Origin: Streptococcus sp. | GTDB taxonomy: Bacteria > Bacillota > Bacilli > Lactobacillales > Streptococcaceae | Length of the DNA: 64,000 nt | Assembly: GCF_032481935.1 (NCBI RefSeq) | Contig: NZ_JAWERU010000002.1 | Location: 6,592-70,591 of the forward strand | Direction of reading: 5' to 3' | Shown here: positions 1 to 10,559 of the stretch, piece by piece | Numbering within the stretch: the stretch's first letter is position 1 | Layout: each line of letters begins with the position of its first letter | Program-made: the position numbers and the translations under genes | The notes under the pieces: generated by a model | Told to the model about the DNA's origin: nothing | Seen by the model: only the letters and a program-made list of their open reading frames with translations | Database searches by the model: none

Positions 1-1071
1 CTTCTCATGAGCGTCTATCAACTCCAATACTTGGATAAGCTTCCTGACCATGCAGTGGTCAATGAAGCGGTGGAAATTGCAAAATCTCGTAAGAAGGGTA
101 GTGAAAAACTGGTCAATGCAGTTCTTCGCCGTATCTTGCGAGAAGGTTTGCCAGATATTGCAAGTATCAAACGTAAAAATAAGCGCGATTCCATTGCCTA
201 TTCTCTTCCAGTTTGGTTGATTTCTAAGCTAAAGGAAGAGTACGGAGAAGAGCGAGCTCAAGCTATTTTTGAAAGTCTTTTGCAACGGAATAAAGCCAGT
301 ATCCGTGTGACAGATTTGAGCCGAAAAGAGGAAATCAAAGCTTTGCTTGGTGCAAGTGATTCTCTTTTATCTCCTGCTGGTCTGGTCAAGGAGCAGGGGC
401 ATTTTGCTGGCCATGATTTGTTTGCTGAAGGGTCTATTACTATCCAGGATGAGTCTAGTCAGTTGGTTGCACCGACACTAGAGCTACAAGGCGACGAGCA
501 GGTTTTAGATGCTTGTGCGGCCCCTGGTGGAAAGACCGCCCATATGGCATCCTATTTGACGACAGGTCAGGTAACGGCTCTAGATCTTTACGACCATAAA
601 CTCACTTTGATTCAAGAGAATGCAGAGCGACTAGGTGTAGCGGACCGTGTCCAAACGCAAAAACTGGATGCTCGAAAAGTGCATGAATTTTTTAGTAAGG
701 ATCAATTTGATAAGATTCTTGTTGATGCTCCTTGTTCAGGGATTGGTCTATTGCGTCGAAAACCAGATATCAAATATAATAAAGAGACAGCAGATTTCGC
801 GTCATTACAGGAAATTCAGTTGGAAATATTAGGTAGTGTTTGTCAAACGCTACGTAAAGGTGGTATAATAACTTATAGTACCTGCACTATTGTCTCTGAA
901 GAGAACTTTCAAGTTGTTCAAGCATTTTTAGAAAGTCATCCAGAGTTCGAGCAGGTTAAACTAGAACACGAATGTAAGGATATCGTGAAAAATGGTTGTA
1001 TCCTCATTACTCCGGAATTATACGGAAGTGATGGATTCTTTATCAGCCAATTTCGCAAGATATCCAAGTAG
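1..1071 (+). CDS. rsmB: 16S rRNA m5C methyltransferase RsmB/Sun, N-terminus outside window
   Basis: Frame is open to base 1. SAM-binding DACAAPGGKT and catalytic-Cys motifs DAPCSGIG and YSTCTI of the RsmB/Sun family. Conserved position upstream of phpP-stkP. Confidence 0.9.
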   Translation, partial: LLMSVYQLQYLDKLPDHAVVNEAVEIAKSRKKGSEKLVNAVLRRILREGLPDIASIKRKNKRDSIAYSLPVWLISKLKEEYGEERAQAIFESLLQRNKASIRVTDLSRKEEIKALLGASDSLLSPAGLVKEQGHFAGHDLFAEGSITIQDESSQLVAPTLELQGDEQVLDACAAPGGKTAHMASYLTTGQVTALDLYDHKLTLIQENAERLGVADRVQTQKLDARKVHEFFSKDQFDKILVDAPCSGIGLLRRKPDIKYNKETADFASLQEIQLEILGSVCQTLRKGGIITYSTCTIVSEENFQVVQAFLESHPEFEQVKLEHECKDIVKNGCILITPELYGSDGFFISQFRKISK

Positions 1072-1086
1072 GAAGGAACTGACACA

Positions 1087-1827
1087 ATGGAGATTTCATT
1101 ATTAACAGATGTGGGTCAGAAACGTACAAATAATCAAGACTATGTCAATCTTTTTGTCAACCGTGCTGGTCGTACAATGATCATCTTGGCTGACGGTATG
1201 GGAGGACACCGTGCAGGTAATATTGCTAGCGAAATGGCAGTAACAGATTTAGGTGTTGCCTGGGTTGATACGCAGATTGACACCGTTAATGAAGTTCGCG
1301 AATGGTTTGCCCACCATCTAGAAGTTGAAAATCAAAAGATTTATCAAATGGGGCGTGATGAAGCTTACAAGGGAATGGGGACAACTTTAGAAGCCCTTGC
1401 AATCATTGATCATCAAGCTATTTATGCTCATATTGGAGATTCTCGTATCGGTCTGATTCGTGGTGAAGAATACCATCAATTGACCAGTGATCATTCTTTG
1501 GTCAATGAATTGCTCAAGGCAGGTCAATTGACACCTGAAGAAGCTGAAGCACATCCACAAAAGAATATCATCACCCAATCTATCGGGCAAAAAGACGAAA
1601 TTCAACCTGACTTAGGAATTGTCAGCTTGGAACCAGGTGACTATCTGGTCATGAATAGCGACGGTCTAACCAATATGATTTCAGGCAGTGAGATCTATGA
1701 TATTGTGACAAGCGATATTTCGCTTGATGATAAGGTAGCCACTTTGGTACGCTTTGCCAACAATGCCGGAGGGCTTGATAATATTACAGTTGCCCTTGTT
1801 TCGATTAAGGAGGAGGCGGCAGAATGA
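1087..1827 (+). CDS. phpP: PP2C-type Ser/Thr protein phosphatase
   Basis: PPM motifs [17 protein letters not shown] and DNITV. Stop overlaps the stkP start (ATGA at 1824-1827), the classic streptococcal phosphatase-kinase pair. Confidence 0.93.
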   Translation: MEISLLTDVGQKRTNNQDYVNLFVNRAGRTMIILADGMGGHRAGNIASEMAVTDLGVAWVDTQIDTVNEVREWFAHHLEVENQKIYQMGRDEAYKGMGTTLEALAIIDHQAIYAHIGDSRIGLIRGEEYHQLTSDHSLVNELLKAGQLTPEEAEAHPQKNIITQSIGQKDEIQPDLGIVSLEPGDYLVMNSDGLTNMISGSEIYDIVTSDISLDDKVATLVRFANNAGGLDNITVALVSIKEEAAE

Positions 1828-3710
1828 TCCAAATCGGCAAGATTTTTGCCGGGCGGTATCGGATTATCAAACAAATTGGCCGTGGAGGTATGGCAGATGT
1901 CTACCTGGCCAAGGATTTGATTTTAGACGGGGAAGAGGTAGCTGTTAAGGTCTTGAGGACTAACTACCAGACTGACCCGATTGCTGTTGCTCGTTTTCAG
2001 CGTGAAGCGCGTGCAATGGCTGACTTAGATCATCCCCATATCGTTCGGATAACGGATATCGGCGAAGAGGACGGTCAACAGTACCTAGCTATGGAATATG
2101 TAGCTGGTCTTGATCTTAAGCGCTATATCAAAGAACACTATCCCCTCTCAAATGAAGAAGCTGTCCGTATCATGGGTCAGATTCTCTTAGCGATGCGCTT
2201 GGCGCACACTAAAGGTATTGTCCATCGTGACTTAAAGCCTCAAAATATTCTTTTAACTCCTGATGGAACGGCCAAGGTGACGGACTTTGGGATTGCTGTA
2301 GCCTTTGCAGAGACCAGTTTGACTCAGACCAACTCTATGCTGGGTTCTGTTCACTACTTGTCACCTGAGCAGGCTCGTGGCTCTAAGGCAACTGTCCAGA
2401 GTGACATCTATGCCATGGGGATTATTTTCTATGAGATGCTGACAGGGCATATCCCTTATGATGGCGATAGTGCAGTAACTATAGCCCTCCAGCATTTTCA
2501 AAAACCTCTTCCTTCGGTCATAGCTGAAAACCCATCTGTTCCCCAAGCTTTGGAGAATGTGGTCATCAAAGCAACTGCTAAAAAGCTTACAGATCGATAC
2601 CAGTCGGTTTCAGAGATGTATGTTGATTTATCTAGCAGTCTATCTTATAATCGCAGAAATGAACCTAAACTTGTTTTTGATGATGCAACTAAGGCAGACA
2701 CAAAGACATTGCCAAAGGTTTCTCAGACAACCTTGACCTCTATTCCTAAGGTTCAACCACAGACAGAAAGCCATCAGGCAACTAAAGCTAGCCCAGAAGC
2801 AAGTGCTAAAAAATCTGTGGAAAAACCAGTGAAAAAACGTCGTTTTAAAGCACGTTATCTAGTTCTACTAGCAAGTTTCGTACTGGTTGCCGCTTCTCTG
2901 GTGTGGATTTTATCCAGAACACCAGCTACTGTTGAGATTCCAAAAGTTGCAGGTCAAACTGTTGCTGAAGCTAAGGAAAACTTGAAAAAAGCGAATTTTG
3001 AAATTGGTGAGGAAAAAACGGAAGCTAGTGATACCGTAGAGGAAGGTCGGGTTATCCGAACAGATCCAGATGCTGGATCAGCTCGCAAAGAAGGAACTAA
3101 GGTTAATCTCATTATTTCTTCAGGTCAACAATCCTTCAAGATTGGTAATTACATCGGTCGGAAATCGACTGATGTCATTGCTGAGCTCGAGGAGAAAAAA
3201 GTTCCTAAAAATCTGATTAAGATTGAAGAAGAAGAGTCCAGTGAATGGGAACCCGGTGTGGTTTTGAAACAGAGCCTTTCAGAAGGTACGACCTATGATC
3301 TTACTAAGGCCACTTCTATCGTTTTGACAGTTGCTAAAAAGAAAAAGGTGACAACTGTGACCATGCCAAACTATGTTGGATATAGTCTTGAATTTGCTAG
3401 AAATAATCTTAAAAGTATAGGTATTAGTGAAGATAGAATTGAAATTAAAGAAGTGGAGATAGCACAAGAAGGAATTAAAGAAGGCGAGATTGCGAAACAA
3501 AGTCCTGCACCGGATGAAAAACTAGATTTAAGCAATCCGATAGTTAAACTATATATTTATAAACCTAAAAAAACTTCACCTTCAAGTAGTCAACCTTCGT
3601 CAGAACATAATTCTGGTCAAACTGACACAACAAATCCTACAAATCCTACGCAGGGTAACCATCCAACAACTCCTACGCAAGATGGAACTGGAAGTCAACG
3701 AAATCAATAG
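1824..3710 (+). CDS. stkP: Eukaryotic-type Ser/Thr kinase with extracellular PASTA repeats
   Basis: Hanks kinase motifs ([32 protein letters not shown]). One TM helix ([19 protein letters not shown]), then PASTA-like repeats (I count three) and a Ser/Thr/Pro/Asn-rich tail. Confidence 0.93.
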   Translation: MIQIGKIFAGRYRIIKQIGRGGMADVYLAKDLILDGEEVAVKVLRTNYQTDPIAVARFQREARAMADLDHPHIVRITDIGEEDGQQYLAMEYVAGLDLKRYIKEHYPLSNEEAVRIMGQILLAMRLAHTKGIVHRDLKPQNILLTPDGTAKVTDFGIAVAFAETSLTQTNSMLGSVHYLSPEQARGSKATVQSDIYAMGIIFYEMLTGHIPYDGDSAVTIALQHFQKPLPSVIAENPSVPQALENVVIKATAKKLTDRYQSVSEMYVDLSSSLSYNRRNEPKLVFDDATKADTKTLPKVSQTTLTSIPKVQPQTESHQATKASPEASAKKSVEKPVKKRRFKARYLVLLASFVLVAASLVWILSRTPATVEIPKVAGQTVAEAKENLKKANFEIGEEKTEASDTVEEGRVIRTDPDAGSARKEGTKVNLIISSGQQSFKIGNYIGRKSTDVIAELEEKKVPKNLIKIEEEESSEWEPGVVLKQSLSEGTTYDLTKATSIVLTVAKKKKVTTVTMPNYVGYSLEFARNNLKSIGISEDRIEIKEVEIAQEGIKEGEIAKQSPAPDEKLDLSNPIVKLYIYKPKKTSPSSSQPSSEHNSGQTDTTNPTNPTQGNHPTTPTQDGTGSQRNQ

Positions 3711-3812
3711 ACTCTCTATATAAACCAATCTTTGTCACAGTTTTTGTGGCAAAGATTTTTTTTCCTCCGAAATTATGATAAAATAAAATGGAGTTTGAAA
3801 AAGGAGGGAAAT

Positions 3813-4571
3813 ATGGAAGAATCAAAAAAACTGAATGCAGTTATTGATGTCATCATGCTAGCTGGAACAATTCTACTTCGCAATGGTTCTGAGATTTATC
3901 GTGTTGAAGATACCATGATTCGGATTGCTCATTCACAGGGCATTATGGATTGTAATGTTTTAGCCATGCCTGCAGCCATTTTTTTCTCCATTGAAAATAC
4001 AAATATCTCTCGCATGAAGCGAGTAACATCTTCAGCTTATAATATTGAGAAGGTTTGTGATGTCAACCAGATTTCACGCCAGATCGTATCAGGACAGCTT
4101 GATTTGGAAACGGCTTTTATGCAACTAAAGGAATTAAATGCTAAGGCCTCTCCCTACACCAATGTTCAACTGACTGCTGCAGCAACCCTCAGTGCTCCTT
4201 TCTTTTCAATCATGTTTGGAGGAAATCCCTACGATGCAATTGGAGCAGGAGTGGCGACCTTGTTTGCCTTTACTTTCTCTCTTTATGTAGAGAAGTTTAT
4301 TCGTATTCCTTTTATGACAGCTTTTGCAGGTGCTCTTGTCTTCGGTTTGATTGCACAATTTTGGGCACGCTATTCTGGTTTGCCGTCGACGGCGGATTTA
4401 GTGATTGCAGGTGCGGTCATGCCTTTTGTACCTGGAATTGCTCTGACCAATGCTGTCCGAGATATTATGACCAATCACATTAACTCTGGTATGAGCAAGA
4501 TGTTTGAATCCTTGCTGATTACCCTTGCCTTAGGGGCTGGAACATCAGTCGCCCTCGTACTCATGAACTAA
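3813..4571 (+). CDS. ThrE/YjjP-family (threonine/serine exporter-like) membrane protein
   Basis: Soluble N-domain followed by about 5 TM helices, as in the ThrE family. ATG 3813 follows the AAGGAGGG RBS (3801-3808). The track start at 3732 has no RBS. Confidence 0.75.
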   Translation: MEESKKLNAVIDVIMLAGTILLRNGSEIYRVEDTMIRIAHSQGIMDCNVLAMPAAIFFSIENTNISRMKRVTSSAYNIEKVCDVNQISRQIVSGQLDLETAFMQLKELNAKASPYTNVQLTAAATLSAPFFSIMFGGNPYDAIGAGVATLFAFTFSLYVEKFIRIPFMTAFAGALVFGLIAQFWARYSGLPSTADLVIAGAVMPFVPGIALTNAVRDIMTNHINSGMSKMFESLLITLALGAGTSVALVLMN

Positions 4572-4572
4572 T

Positions 4573-5022
4573 ATGACACTATCAACATTTTTATTGCAAG
4601 CTCTGGCAAGTTTGCTTGCCATTATCACCTTTTTAATCGTCTTAAATGTCCAGCGTTCTATGCTCATCCCTGGGGGTGTTTTGGGAATGTCAATCTGGCT
4701 CCTCTATCTAATACTCAAGGAGCCAACTAATGTCATTTTAGCAACCTTTATTGCTGCGGTAATTGGTTCTTGTATCAGCCAGATTATGAGCATTATCTAC
4801 AAAACACCAGCCGTTGTTTTTGCTTTAGCCATCTTAGCTCCACTAGTTCCAGGTTACCTGTCCTATCGAACAACTTCCTTCTTCGTTACAGGTGACTACG
4901 GCCATGCCATTTCTAGTGCCATTTTAGTCATGATGTTGGCTCTCGTTATTTCCATTGGAATGGCCAGTGGAACAGTTTTGTTGAAATTGTATCATTATCT
5001 CAAAAAGAATCGAGCTAGCTAA
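4573..5022 (+). CDS. ThrE_2/YjjB-like small membrane protein, partner of the preceding gene
   Basis: 149 aa with 4-5 TM helices. Starts 2 nt after the upstream stop. This two-gene arrangement is typical of split ThrE-family exporters. Confidence 0.7.
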   Translation: MTLSTFLLQALASLLAIITFLIVLNVQRSMLIPGGVLGMSIWLLYLILKEPTNVILATFIAAVIGSCISQIMSIIYKTPAVVFALAILAPLVPGYLSYRTTSFFVTGDYGHAISSAILVMMLALVISIGMASGTVLLKLYHYLKKNRAS

Positions 5023-5035
5023 GACTCGATTTTTT
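5008..5035 (+). terminator. Rho-independent terminator after the thrE-like pair
   Basis: Stem AATCGAG / CTCGATT overlapping the stop codon, followed by TTTTT. Confidence 0.6.
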
Positions 5036-5092
5036 ATGGCTCTTCAGTTCAGTTTGTTAGAGTATCCTAAAATGAGATAAACTTTTAAAAAA

Positions 5093-5122
5093 GAACTTGA
5101 TTTGGGGAATCAAGTCTTTTTT
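5093..5122. terminator. Second hairpin with flanking A- and T-runs (bidirectional-type terminator)
   Basis: 8-bp stem ACTTGATT / AATCAAGT with loop TGGGG, an A-run upstream and a T-run downstream. Confidence 0.55.
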
Positions 5123-5197
5123 CGCTCATTTGATCTCAATTATGATAAAATAGAGATGAACGAATTTTTATAATGAATGATAAAAATAGAGGTAAAT

Positions 5198-6370
5198 ATG
5201 AAAATCGGTATTGATAAGATTGGTTTTGCGACCAGTCAATACGTTTTGAAATTACAAGATTTAGCAGAAACCCGAGGAATTGATCCTGAAAAATTGAGTA
5301 AAGGGCTCCTTTTAAAAGAATTGAGTATTGCTCCTTTGACAGAGGATATCGTTACCTTGGCTGCCAGTGCAGGAAATTCTATCCTGACTGAAGAAGAAAA
5401 GCAAGAGATTGATATGGTTATCGTTGCGACTGAATCTGGGATTGACCAGAGTAAAGCTGCAGCTGTCTTTGTACACGGTTTGCTTGGAATCCAACCATTT
5501 GCTCGTAGTTTTGAAATCAAGGAAGCTTGCTATGGTGCAACTGCGGCTCTTCACTATGCTAAGTTACATGTAGAAAATTCTCCTAAATCAAAGGTTTTGG
5601 TGCTGGCTAGTGATATTGCAAGATATGGTGTCGAAACTCCTGGAGAACCAACTCAAGGAGCCGGCTGTGTTGCTATGTTGATTAGCCAAAATCCACGAGT
5701 TATGGTATTCAACAACGATAACGTTGCGCAGACTCGTGATATTATGGACTTCTGGCGTCCAAATTACTCGACAACACCATTTGTAAATGGGGTTTACTCA
5801 ACACAGCAATATCTTGATAGCTTAAAAACGACTTGGGAAGAGTACCAAAAGCGTTATGACTGTAACTTGGAGGATTTTGAAGCTGTATGTTTCCACTTGC
5901 CATATCCGAAGCTAGCTCTCAAGGGATTGAAAAAAATCCTAGACAAATCCTTGCCTCAAGAGAAGAAGGACTTGCTTCAAAAGCACTTTGATGAATCTAT
6001 TATTTATAGCCAAAAAGTTGGGAACATTTATACAGGTTCACTCTTCTTAGGTCTCTTGTCTCTACTTGAAAATTCTGATAGTCTCAAAGCTGGAGATAAG
6101 ATTGCCCTCTATAGCTATGGTAGTGGTGCTGTATCTGAGTTCTTTAGTGTAGAATTGGTTGAAGGTTTTGAAAAGCAATTGCGGAAAAATCGCTTAGACT
6201 TGCTAGACCAACGTCAAGCATTGAGCGTAGCTGATTATGAACGAATCTTCTTTGAGGAAGCCAACTTAGATGAGTCTGGATCTGCAACGATGTCAGGCTA
6301 TGAGGGACAAGACTATGCTCTTGTTGAGATTGTAGAACACCAACGTCGCTACAGCAAGGTTGAAAAATAA
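5198..6370 (+). CDS. mvaS: HMG-CoA synthase (mevalonate pathway)
   Basis: Catalytic-Cys context FEIKEACYGATAAL and C-terminal GNIYTGSLFLGL. ATG 5198 lies 5 nt after the AGAGG RBS and is preferred over the track start at 5177. Confidence 0.9.
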   Translation: MKIGIDKIGFATSQYVLKLQDLAETRGIDPEKLSKGLLLKELSIAPLTEDIVTLAASAGNSILTEEEKQEIDMVIVATESGIDQSKAAAVFVHGLLGIQPFARSFEIKEACYGATAALHYAKLHVENSPKSKVLVLASDIARYGVETPGEPTQGAGCVAMLISQNPRVMVFNNDNVAQTRDIMDFWRPNYSTTPFVNGVYSTQQYLDSLKTTWEEYQKRYDCNLEDFEAVCFHLPYPKLALKGLKKILDKSLPQEKKDLLQKHFDESIIYSQKVGNIYTGSLFLGLLSLLENSDSLKAGDKIALYSYGSGAVSEFFSVELVEGFEKQLRKNRLDLLDQRQALSVADYERIFFEEANLDESGSATMSGYEGQDYALVEIVEHQRRYSKVEK

Positions 6371-7644
6371 TGAAAAAAAATTGGAATGGATTTGCTAAAA
6401 AATCAATTCAAGAGCGCCTAGAGTTCGTTAAGTCTCAGGCGCTTACTACTATTGAAGCCCAAGAAAGTTTGGAGCAAAATGAAAATCTTAGTCTAGCAGT
6501 TGCGGACCAACTGAGTGAAAATGTGGTGGGGACCTTCTCGCTTCCATACTCAATAGTTCCAGAAGTTCTAGTAAATGGTCAAGAGTATGCAGTTCCTTAT
6601 GTGACCGAAGAACCGTCTGTGGTTGCTGCAGCTGCTTTTGCAAGTAAGATTATCAAGCGTGCGGGTGGTTTTACTGCACGAGTTCATCAGCGACAAATGA
6701 TTGGTCAGGTAGCTCTTTATCAGGTTCCAGATAGGGATAAAGCTTGTGAGGCTATTCTGAGTCAAAAAGCAGAGTTGCTCGAACAAGCAAACCAAGCCTA
6801 TTCCTCTATTGTCAAACGTGGTGGTGGAGCGAGAGAGCTAACAGTTGAGATAATTTCTGGTGAGGCTGACTTTTTAGTGGTTTATCTCCATGTAGATACT
6901 CAGGAAGCCATGGGAGCTAATATGCTCAATACCATGCTTGAAGCTTTAAAACCAAGTCTAGAGGCTCTAAGTCAAGGGCAAAGTTTAATGGGCATTTTAT
7001 CCAACTATGCAACAGATTCTCTAGTAACAGCAACTTGTCGTATTGCCTTTCGTTATTTGAGTCGCCAGAAGGATGAAGCGCGTGAGTTGGCAGAAAAAAT
7101 GGTTTTAGCCAGCCAGTTTGCCCAAGCAGATCCTTACAGGGCAGCGACCCACAACAAGGGAATCTTTAACGGAATTGATGCTCTCTTGATTGCTACTGGA
7201 AATGATTGGCGTGCCATTGAAGCAGGAGCACATGCCTATGCGAGTCATGATGGTTCCTATCGAGGTCTTAGTCGTTGGACTATGGATTTGGAAACAGAAG
7301 AGCTAATAGGAGAGATGACTATGCCGATGCCAGTTGCTACCAAGGGTGGATCAATTGGTCTTAATCCTCGTGTAGTTCTCAGCCATGAGTTGCTAGGTCA
7401 TCCATCAGCTAAGGAATTGGCTCAAATTATCGTGTCAATTGGTCTTGCACAAAACTTTGCAGCTCTTAAAGCTCTTGTCAGCACAGGAATTCAGCATGGA
7501 CACATGAAACTTCAAGCGAAGTCACTGGCCCTCCTTGCAGGAGCCACAGAGGCTGAAGTGCCTAAGTTGGTAGAAAGCTTGATTGCTGAAAAAACTTTTA
7601 ATTTAGAAAAAGCCCAAACACTCTTGAAAAAATTTAGATCATAA
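6370..7644 (+). CDS. mvaA: Class II HMG-CoA reductase
   Basis: Motifs SENVVGTFSLPY, EAMGANMLNT and ATHNKGIFNG. The ATG overlaps the mvaS stop codon (TAATG). Confidence 0.9.
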   Translation: MKKNWNGFAKKSIQERLEFVKSQALTTIEAQESLEQNENLSLAVADQLSENVVGTFSLPYSIVPEVLVNGQEYAVPYVTEEPSVVAAAAFASKIIKRAGGFTARVHQRQMIGQVALYQVPDRDKACEAILSQKAELLEQANQAYSSIVKRGGGARELTVEIISGEADFLVVYLHVDTQEAMGANMLNTMLEALKPSLEALSQGQSLMGILSNYATDSLVTATCRIAFRYLSRQKDEARELAEKMVLASQFAQADPYRAATHNKGIFNGIDALLIATGNDWRAIEAGAHAYASHDGSYRGLSRWTMDLETEELIGEMTMPMPVATKGGSIGLNPRVVLSHELLGHPSAKELAQIIVSIGLAQNFAALKALVSTGIQHGHMKLQAKSLALLAGATEAEVPKLVESLIAEKTFNLEKAQTLLKKFRS

Positions 7645-7650
7645 GAAAAA

Positions 7651-7678
7651 ACTCAGACTAATTCAGTCCGAGTTTTTT
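7651..7678 (+). terminator. Terminator after mvaA
   Basis: Stem ACTCAGAC / GTCCGAGT (one mismatch) followed by TTTTTT. Confidence 0.6.
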
Positions 7679-7681
7679 GTT

Positions 7682-7793
7682 TATACTCAATGAAAATCAA
7701 AGAACAAACTAGGAAGCTAGCCGCAGGCTGCTCAAAACACTGTTTTGAGGTTGCAGATGGAAGCTGACGTGGTTTGAAGAGATTTTCGAAGAG
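7682..7793 (+). repeat. BOX element (boxA-boxC type)
   Basis: Starts TATACTCAATGAAAATCAAAGAACAAACTAGGAAGCTAGCCGCAGG and ends GACGTGGTTTGAAGAGATTTTCGAAGAG, matching the pneumococcal/Mitis-group BOX repeat. Related copies occur five more times in the window. Confidence 0.9.
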
Positions 7794-7795
7794 GA

Positions 7796-8761
7796 TTAAA
7801 TACTTTTACCTGGTAAGAGGCTGACTGGTAAGAAATAACCGGTTGTGGCAACTTCTTTTCCTTCGATTTTTTGAAGTAGTAAATCAACTGTCAGGCGAGC
7901 AATTTCTTCCAAAGGTTGTTTAATGGTAGTGAGGTGAGGGTAGAAATTCTCGATAAAATAAGTTCCATCATAACCAATAACCTTAAGTTGTTCTGGAACA
8001 GAGATACCAAGTTCCTGAGCAATCTTCATTACCAAGATGGCAGTCAAATCATCCGATGCGAAAATAGCATCTGGTTTTTGTTTGGTCAGGATACTTTTGA
8101 TTTCCATTTCCTTGCGGAGGGGTGAAAAGTCACTGGAAATATTGATAATGGGAGCTTTTGGGAAGATAGAAGCAAATCCTGCATGGCGAAGTCCAGTTGG
8201 TGAATTGGAGTTGTCATTACCTGTAATCATAATGACAGACTTGGCTCCAGTTTTAGCCAAGGTTTGAGCTGCAAGGACTCCACCAGCATAGTTATCAGAA
8301 GAAACGACAGGAATGTCTGGTGATAGGTTTCGGTCAAAAGAAATGATAGGAGCCGTTACGCGATTGTAGTCCTCAATCCCTAAGTTATGGCTACCAGAGA
8401 TAATGCCGTCCACTTGATTAGCTTCTAGCATTTCAAGATACTCACGTTCTTTTTCCGAATCGTGCTCACTGTTACAGATGATTGTCTTGTAGCCTTTTTT
8501 GAAGAGTTCGTGTTCCAATTTGTCAATCAATTCAGCATAGAAAACATGGCTGATTTTTGGGAAAATCAACCCAATTAACTTGGCTGATTTTCCTTGGAGG
8601 CTACGAGCAAGGTTGTTAGGTTTATAGCCCAACTCTCGCATGGCCTCATTGACCTTTTGAATGGTTTTTTCAGACAGATATCCCTTTTTATTGATGACAC
8701 GTGAAACGGTAGTAGGGCTGACGCCAGCTAATTTTGCGACATCAGTTAGTTTTGCGACCAT
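7796..8761 (-). CDS. scrR: LacI-family sucrose operon repressor
   Basis: N-terminal HTH (KLTDVAKLAGVSPTTVSRVINKKGY) plus a sugar-binding domain. Overlaps the scrB 3' end by 20 nt and lies in the sucrose gene cluster. Confidence 0.88.
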   Translation of the reverse strand: MVAKLTDVAKLAGVSPTTVSRVINKKGYLSEKTIQKVNEAMRELGYKPNNLARSLQGKSAKLIGLIFPKISHVFYAELIDKLEHELFKKGYKTIICNSEHDSEKEREYLEMLEANQVDGIISGSHNLGIEDYNRVTAPIISFDRNLSPDIPVVSSDNYAGGVLAAQTLAKTGAKSVIMITGNDNSNSPTGLRHAGFASIFPKAPIINISSDFSPLRKEMEIKSILTKQKPDAIFASDDLTAILVMKIAQELGISVPEQLKVIGYDGTYFIENFYPHLTTIKQPLEEIARLTVDLLLQKIEGKEVATTGYFLPVSLLPGKSI

Positions 8762-10196
8762 ATTCTAATTCGTAGTAAGTTCCAGTTGGGTTTCCAGATT
8801 TAATGAGGATTCCATTTTGATCTTCATGAGGGAAGACACGACCAGAAAATACTTTTTCTCCTTTATTGATGAAAATTTCAAAGACTGAATTATCGATGAA
8901 GATATTTACAGTAGTAGCTTGGTTGTCGATTGAACATGAGCGAGTAGTTCCAAATTCTTGAGCATATTGCTCACCTGCTTGACTGCGGTCAACGGTAACT
9001 TGACCATTGACAAGGTCGAAATTGATAGAGAGTCCTTTGCCATCTTTATCAGCAAGAAGAACGATTTCACTTTGACTATCAGCTTCTAAGTTAAGCTCAA
9101 GCTCGTAGGTGTTTTTAGTTTTAGAACGATTTGAAAATTCCTCTTCTGAAGCACGGAGTTCTTTGATAGCAGCTACAGGATACTGATAGAGTTTGCCATC
9201 TTTAATGGTAAGTTCCTTGACCAATGAGAAAGTCCCTTGGTGATCAAAACGATCAGATGGATAAGACACATCTGGCAAACCAAGCCAACTAACTGCCAGA
9301 GCACGTCCATCAGGCGCATTGAAGGCCTGAGTAGCGTATGCTTCGAAACCATAGTCTAGATTGTGTAGTTCAGACACATCTACCAAACGAGCATTTTCAG
9401 GATCGAAGGAAGCACCAATTTTATACATATTTGGATAGATATTGTCATAGTCAAGGACCTTTTTGTCCAAACCTTGTGGACAGTAGAGAAGGACAGGTTG
9501 TTCTCCGACAAAGACAAGATTTGGGCACTCCATCATATAGGCAGTGCGGTCATTGTTGAAGTCCAACTCGCCAACTTCTTGCCAGTTTGTATAATCATTA
9601 TCGACCGCTTTGTAGAGACGGACAAAACCTTTTTTCTCCAAGTCTTGTCCACCAACGATTGCGTAGTATTGTCCTTTAAAGTTAAAAATCTGTGGATCGC
9701 GAAAGTGGTCAGTAGCATCAGCAGGCTGATCAATCAAGACCTTATCAATCTTTTTAATATTTCCATCCTTATCCATCAAGGCACCAATCTGATAAGGGTG
9801 GCGAACCCAATTTTCATCACGGACATTTCCTGTATAGAAAAGGAACAATTGATCACCAAACTGCATAGCAGATCCTGAGTAAGCGCCGTGGCTATCCAGT
9901 GGAGTATCAGGCAAGATTTTAACACCTGTTTCAGTAAAGTGCACCAAATCGTCACTTTCAAGCTGAACCCAAGATTTTAAACCATGAGCTGCACCAAAGG
10001 GGAAGTTTTGGTAAAAGACAACCCACTTACCATCAAAATAAGAAAAACCGTTTGGATCGTTGAGAAGTCCTTCCTTTGGTTCAATGTGATAGCTGACATG
10101 CCATGGGGATTGCGCCATCTTTTCTTGGATTTCTTTTCTTTCTTCTTGTGTCCAATCTTCATAGCGTCTATAACGACGCTCGGTAGTCCATTCCAT
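8742..10196 (-). CDS. scrB: Sucrose-6-phosphate hydrolase (GH32)
   Basis: GH32 motifs LLNDPNGF, FRDPQIF and MMECPNL. ATG 10196 lies 7 nt after GGAGGA. The track start at 10211 overlaps that RBS. Confidence 0.92.
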   Translation of the reverse strand: MEWTTERRYRRYEDWTQEERKEIQEKMAQSPWHVSYHIEPKEGLLNDPNGFSYFDGKWVVFYQNFPFGAAHGLKSWVQLESDDLVHFTETGVKILPDTPLDSHGAYSGSAMQFGDQLFLFYTGNVRDENWVRHPYQIGALMDKDGNIKKIDKVLIDQPADATDHFRDPQIFNFKGQYYAIVGGQDLEKKGFVRLYKAVDNDYTNWQEVGELDFNNDRTAYMMECPNLVFVGEQPVLLYCPQGLDKKVLDYDNIYPNMYKIGASFDPENARLVDVSELHNLDYGFEAYATQAFNAPDGRALAVSWLGLPDVSYPSDRFDHQGTFSLVKELTIKDGKLYQYPVAAIKELRASEEEFSNRSKTKNTYELELNLEADSQSEIVLLADKDGKGLSINFDLVNGQVTVDRSQAGEQYAQEFGTTRSCSIDNQATTVNIFIDNSVFEIFINKGEKVFSGRVFPHEDQNGILIKSGNPTGTYYELEYGRKTN

Positions 10197-10285
10197 TTCT
10201 ATTTCCTCCATAAAATTCTACTATCTTTATAGTAAACGTTTCCTTATAAAAAAGCAAGTCTTTTACACTAAATTAACGAAAAAAA

Positions 10286-10301
10286 TGTCAAACGTTTGAC
10301 A
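10286..10301. promoter_or_regulatory. Perfect 16-bp palindrome TGTCAAACGTTTGACA, a LacI-family (ScrR/cre-like) operator
   Basis: Exact inverted repeat in the divergent scrB/scrA intergenic region. Its half-sites resemble LacI/GalR operators. Confidence 0.65.
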
Positions 10302-10453
10302 GAATGTAGAAGCACTATTTTATGAAAATAATGAAAAAATGAAAGTTTTTGAAAATTTAAAAGTAAAAACCTTGAGTTTATAGGGTATTTATTGCTGTAT
10401 TGATGAAAAAATAGCAAAAACAATCAAAAAATAAAAATTAGCAAAATTTTTTC

Positions 10454-10491
10454 TGCAAAACGCTTGACATATTTTTTAAACGTGATAGAAT
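10454..10491 (+). promoter_or_regulatory. scrA promoter with an overlapping operator-like site
   Basis: TGCAAAACGCTTGACA (a near copy of the palindrome) contains the -35 TTGACA (10464-10469). A 16-nt spacer precedes TGATAGAAT, an extended -10 (10486-10491). Confidence 0.6.
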
Positions 10492-10559
10492 AATATTCGT
10501 AGGGCGGATAAAATCGCTTTCAAACATTTTACAAATTTTTTATAAGGAGATTTTTGCAA

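Noticed and set aside
5036-5125. About 90 nt between two consecutive terminator hairpins, a possible small RNA
   Set aside because: No promoter-like element precedes it. The second hairpin has A- and T-flanks consistent with a generic bidirectional terminator or insulator ahead of the mvaS promoter.
10381-10393. 13-nt string TAGGGTATTTATT shared with 14940-14952, both in promoter regions
   Set aside because: For AT-rich DNA, dozens of chance 13-mer repeats are expected in 64 kb. There is no flanking similarity and no symmetry.
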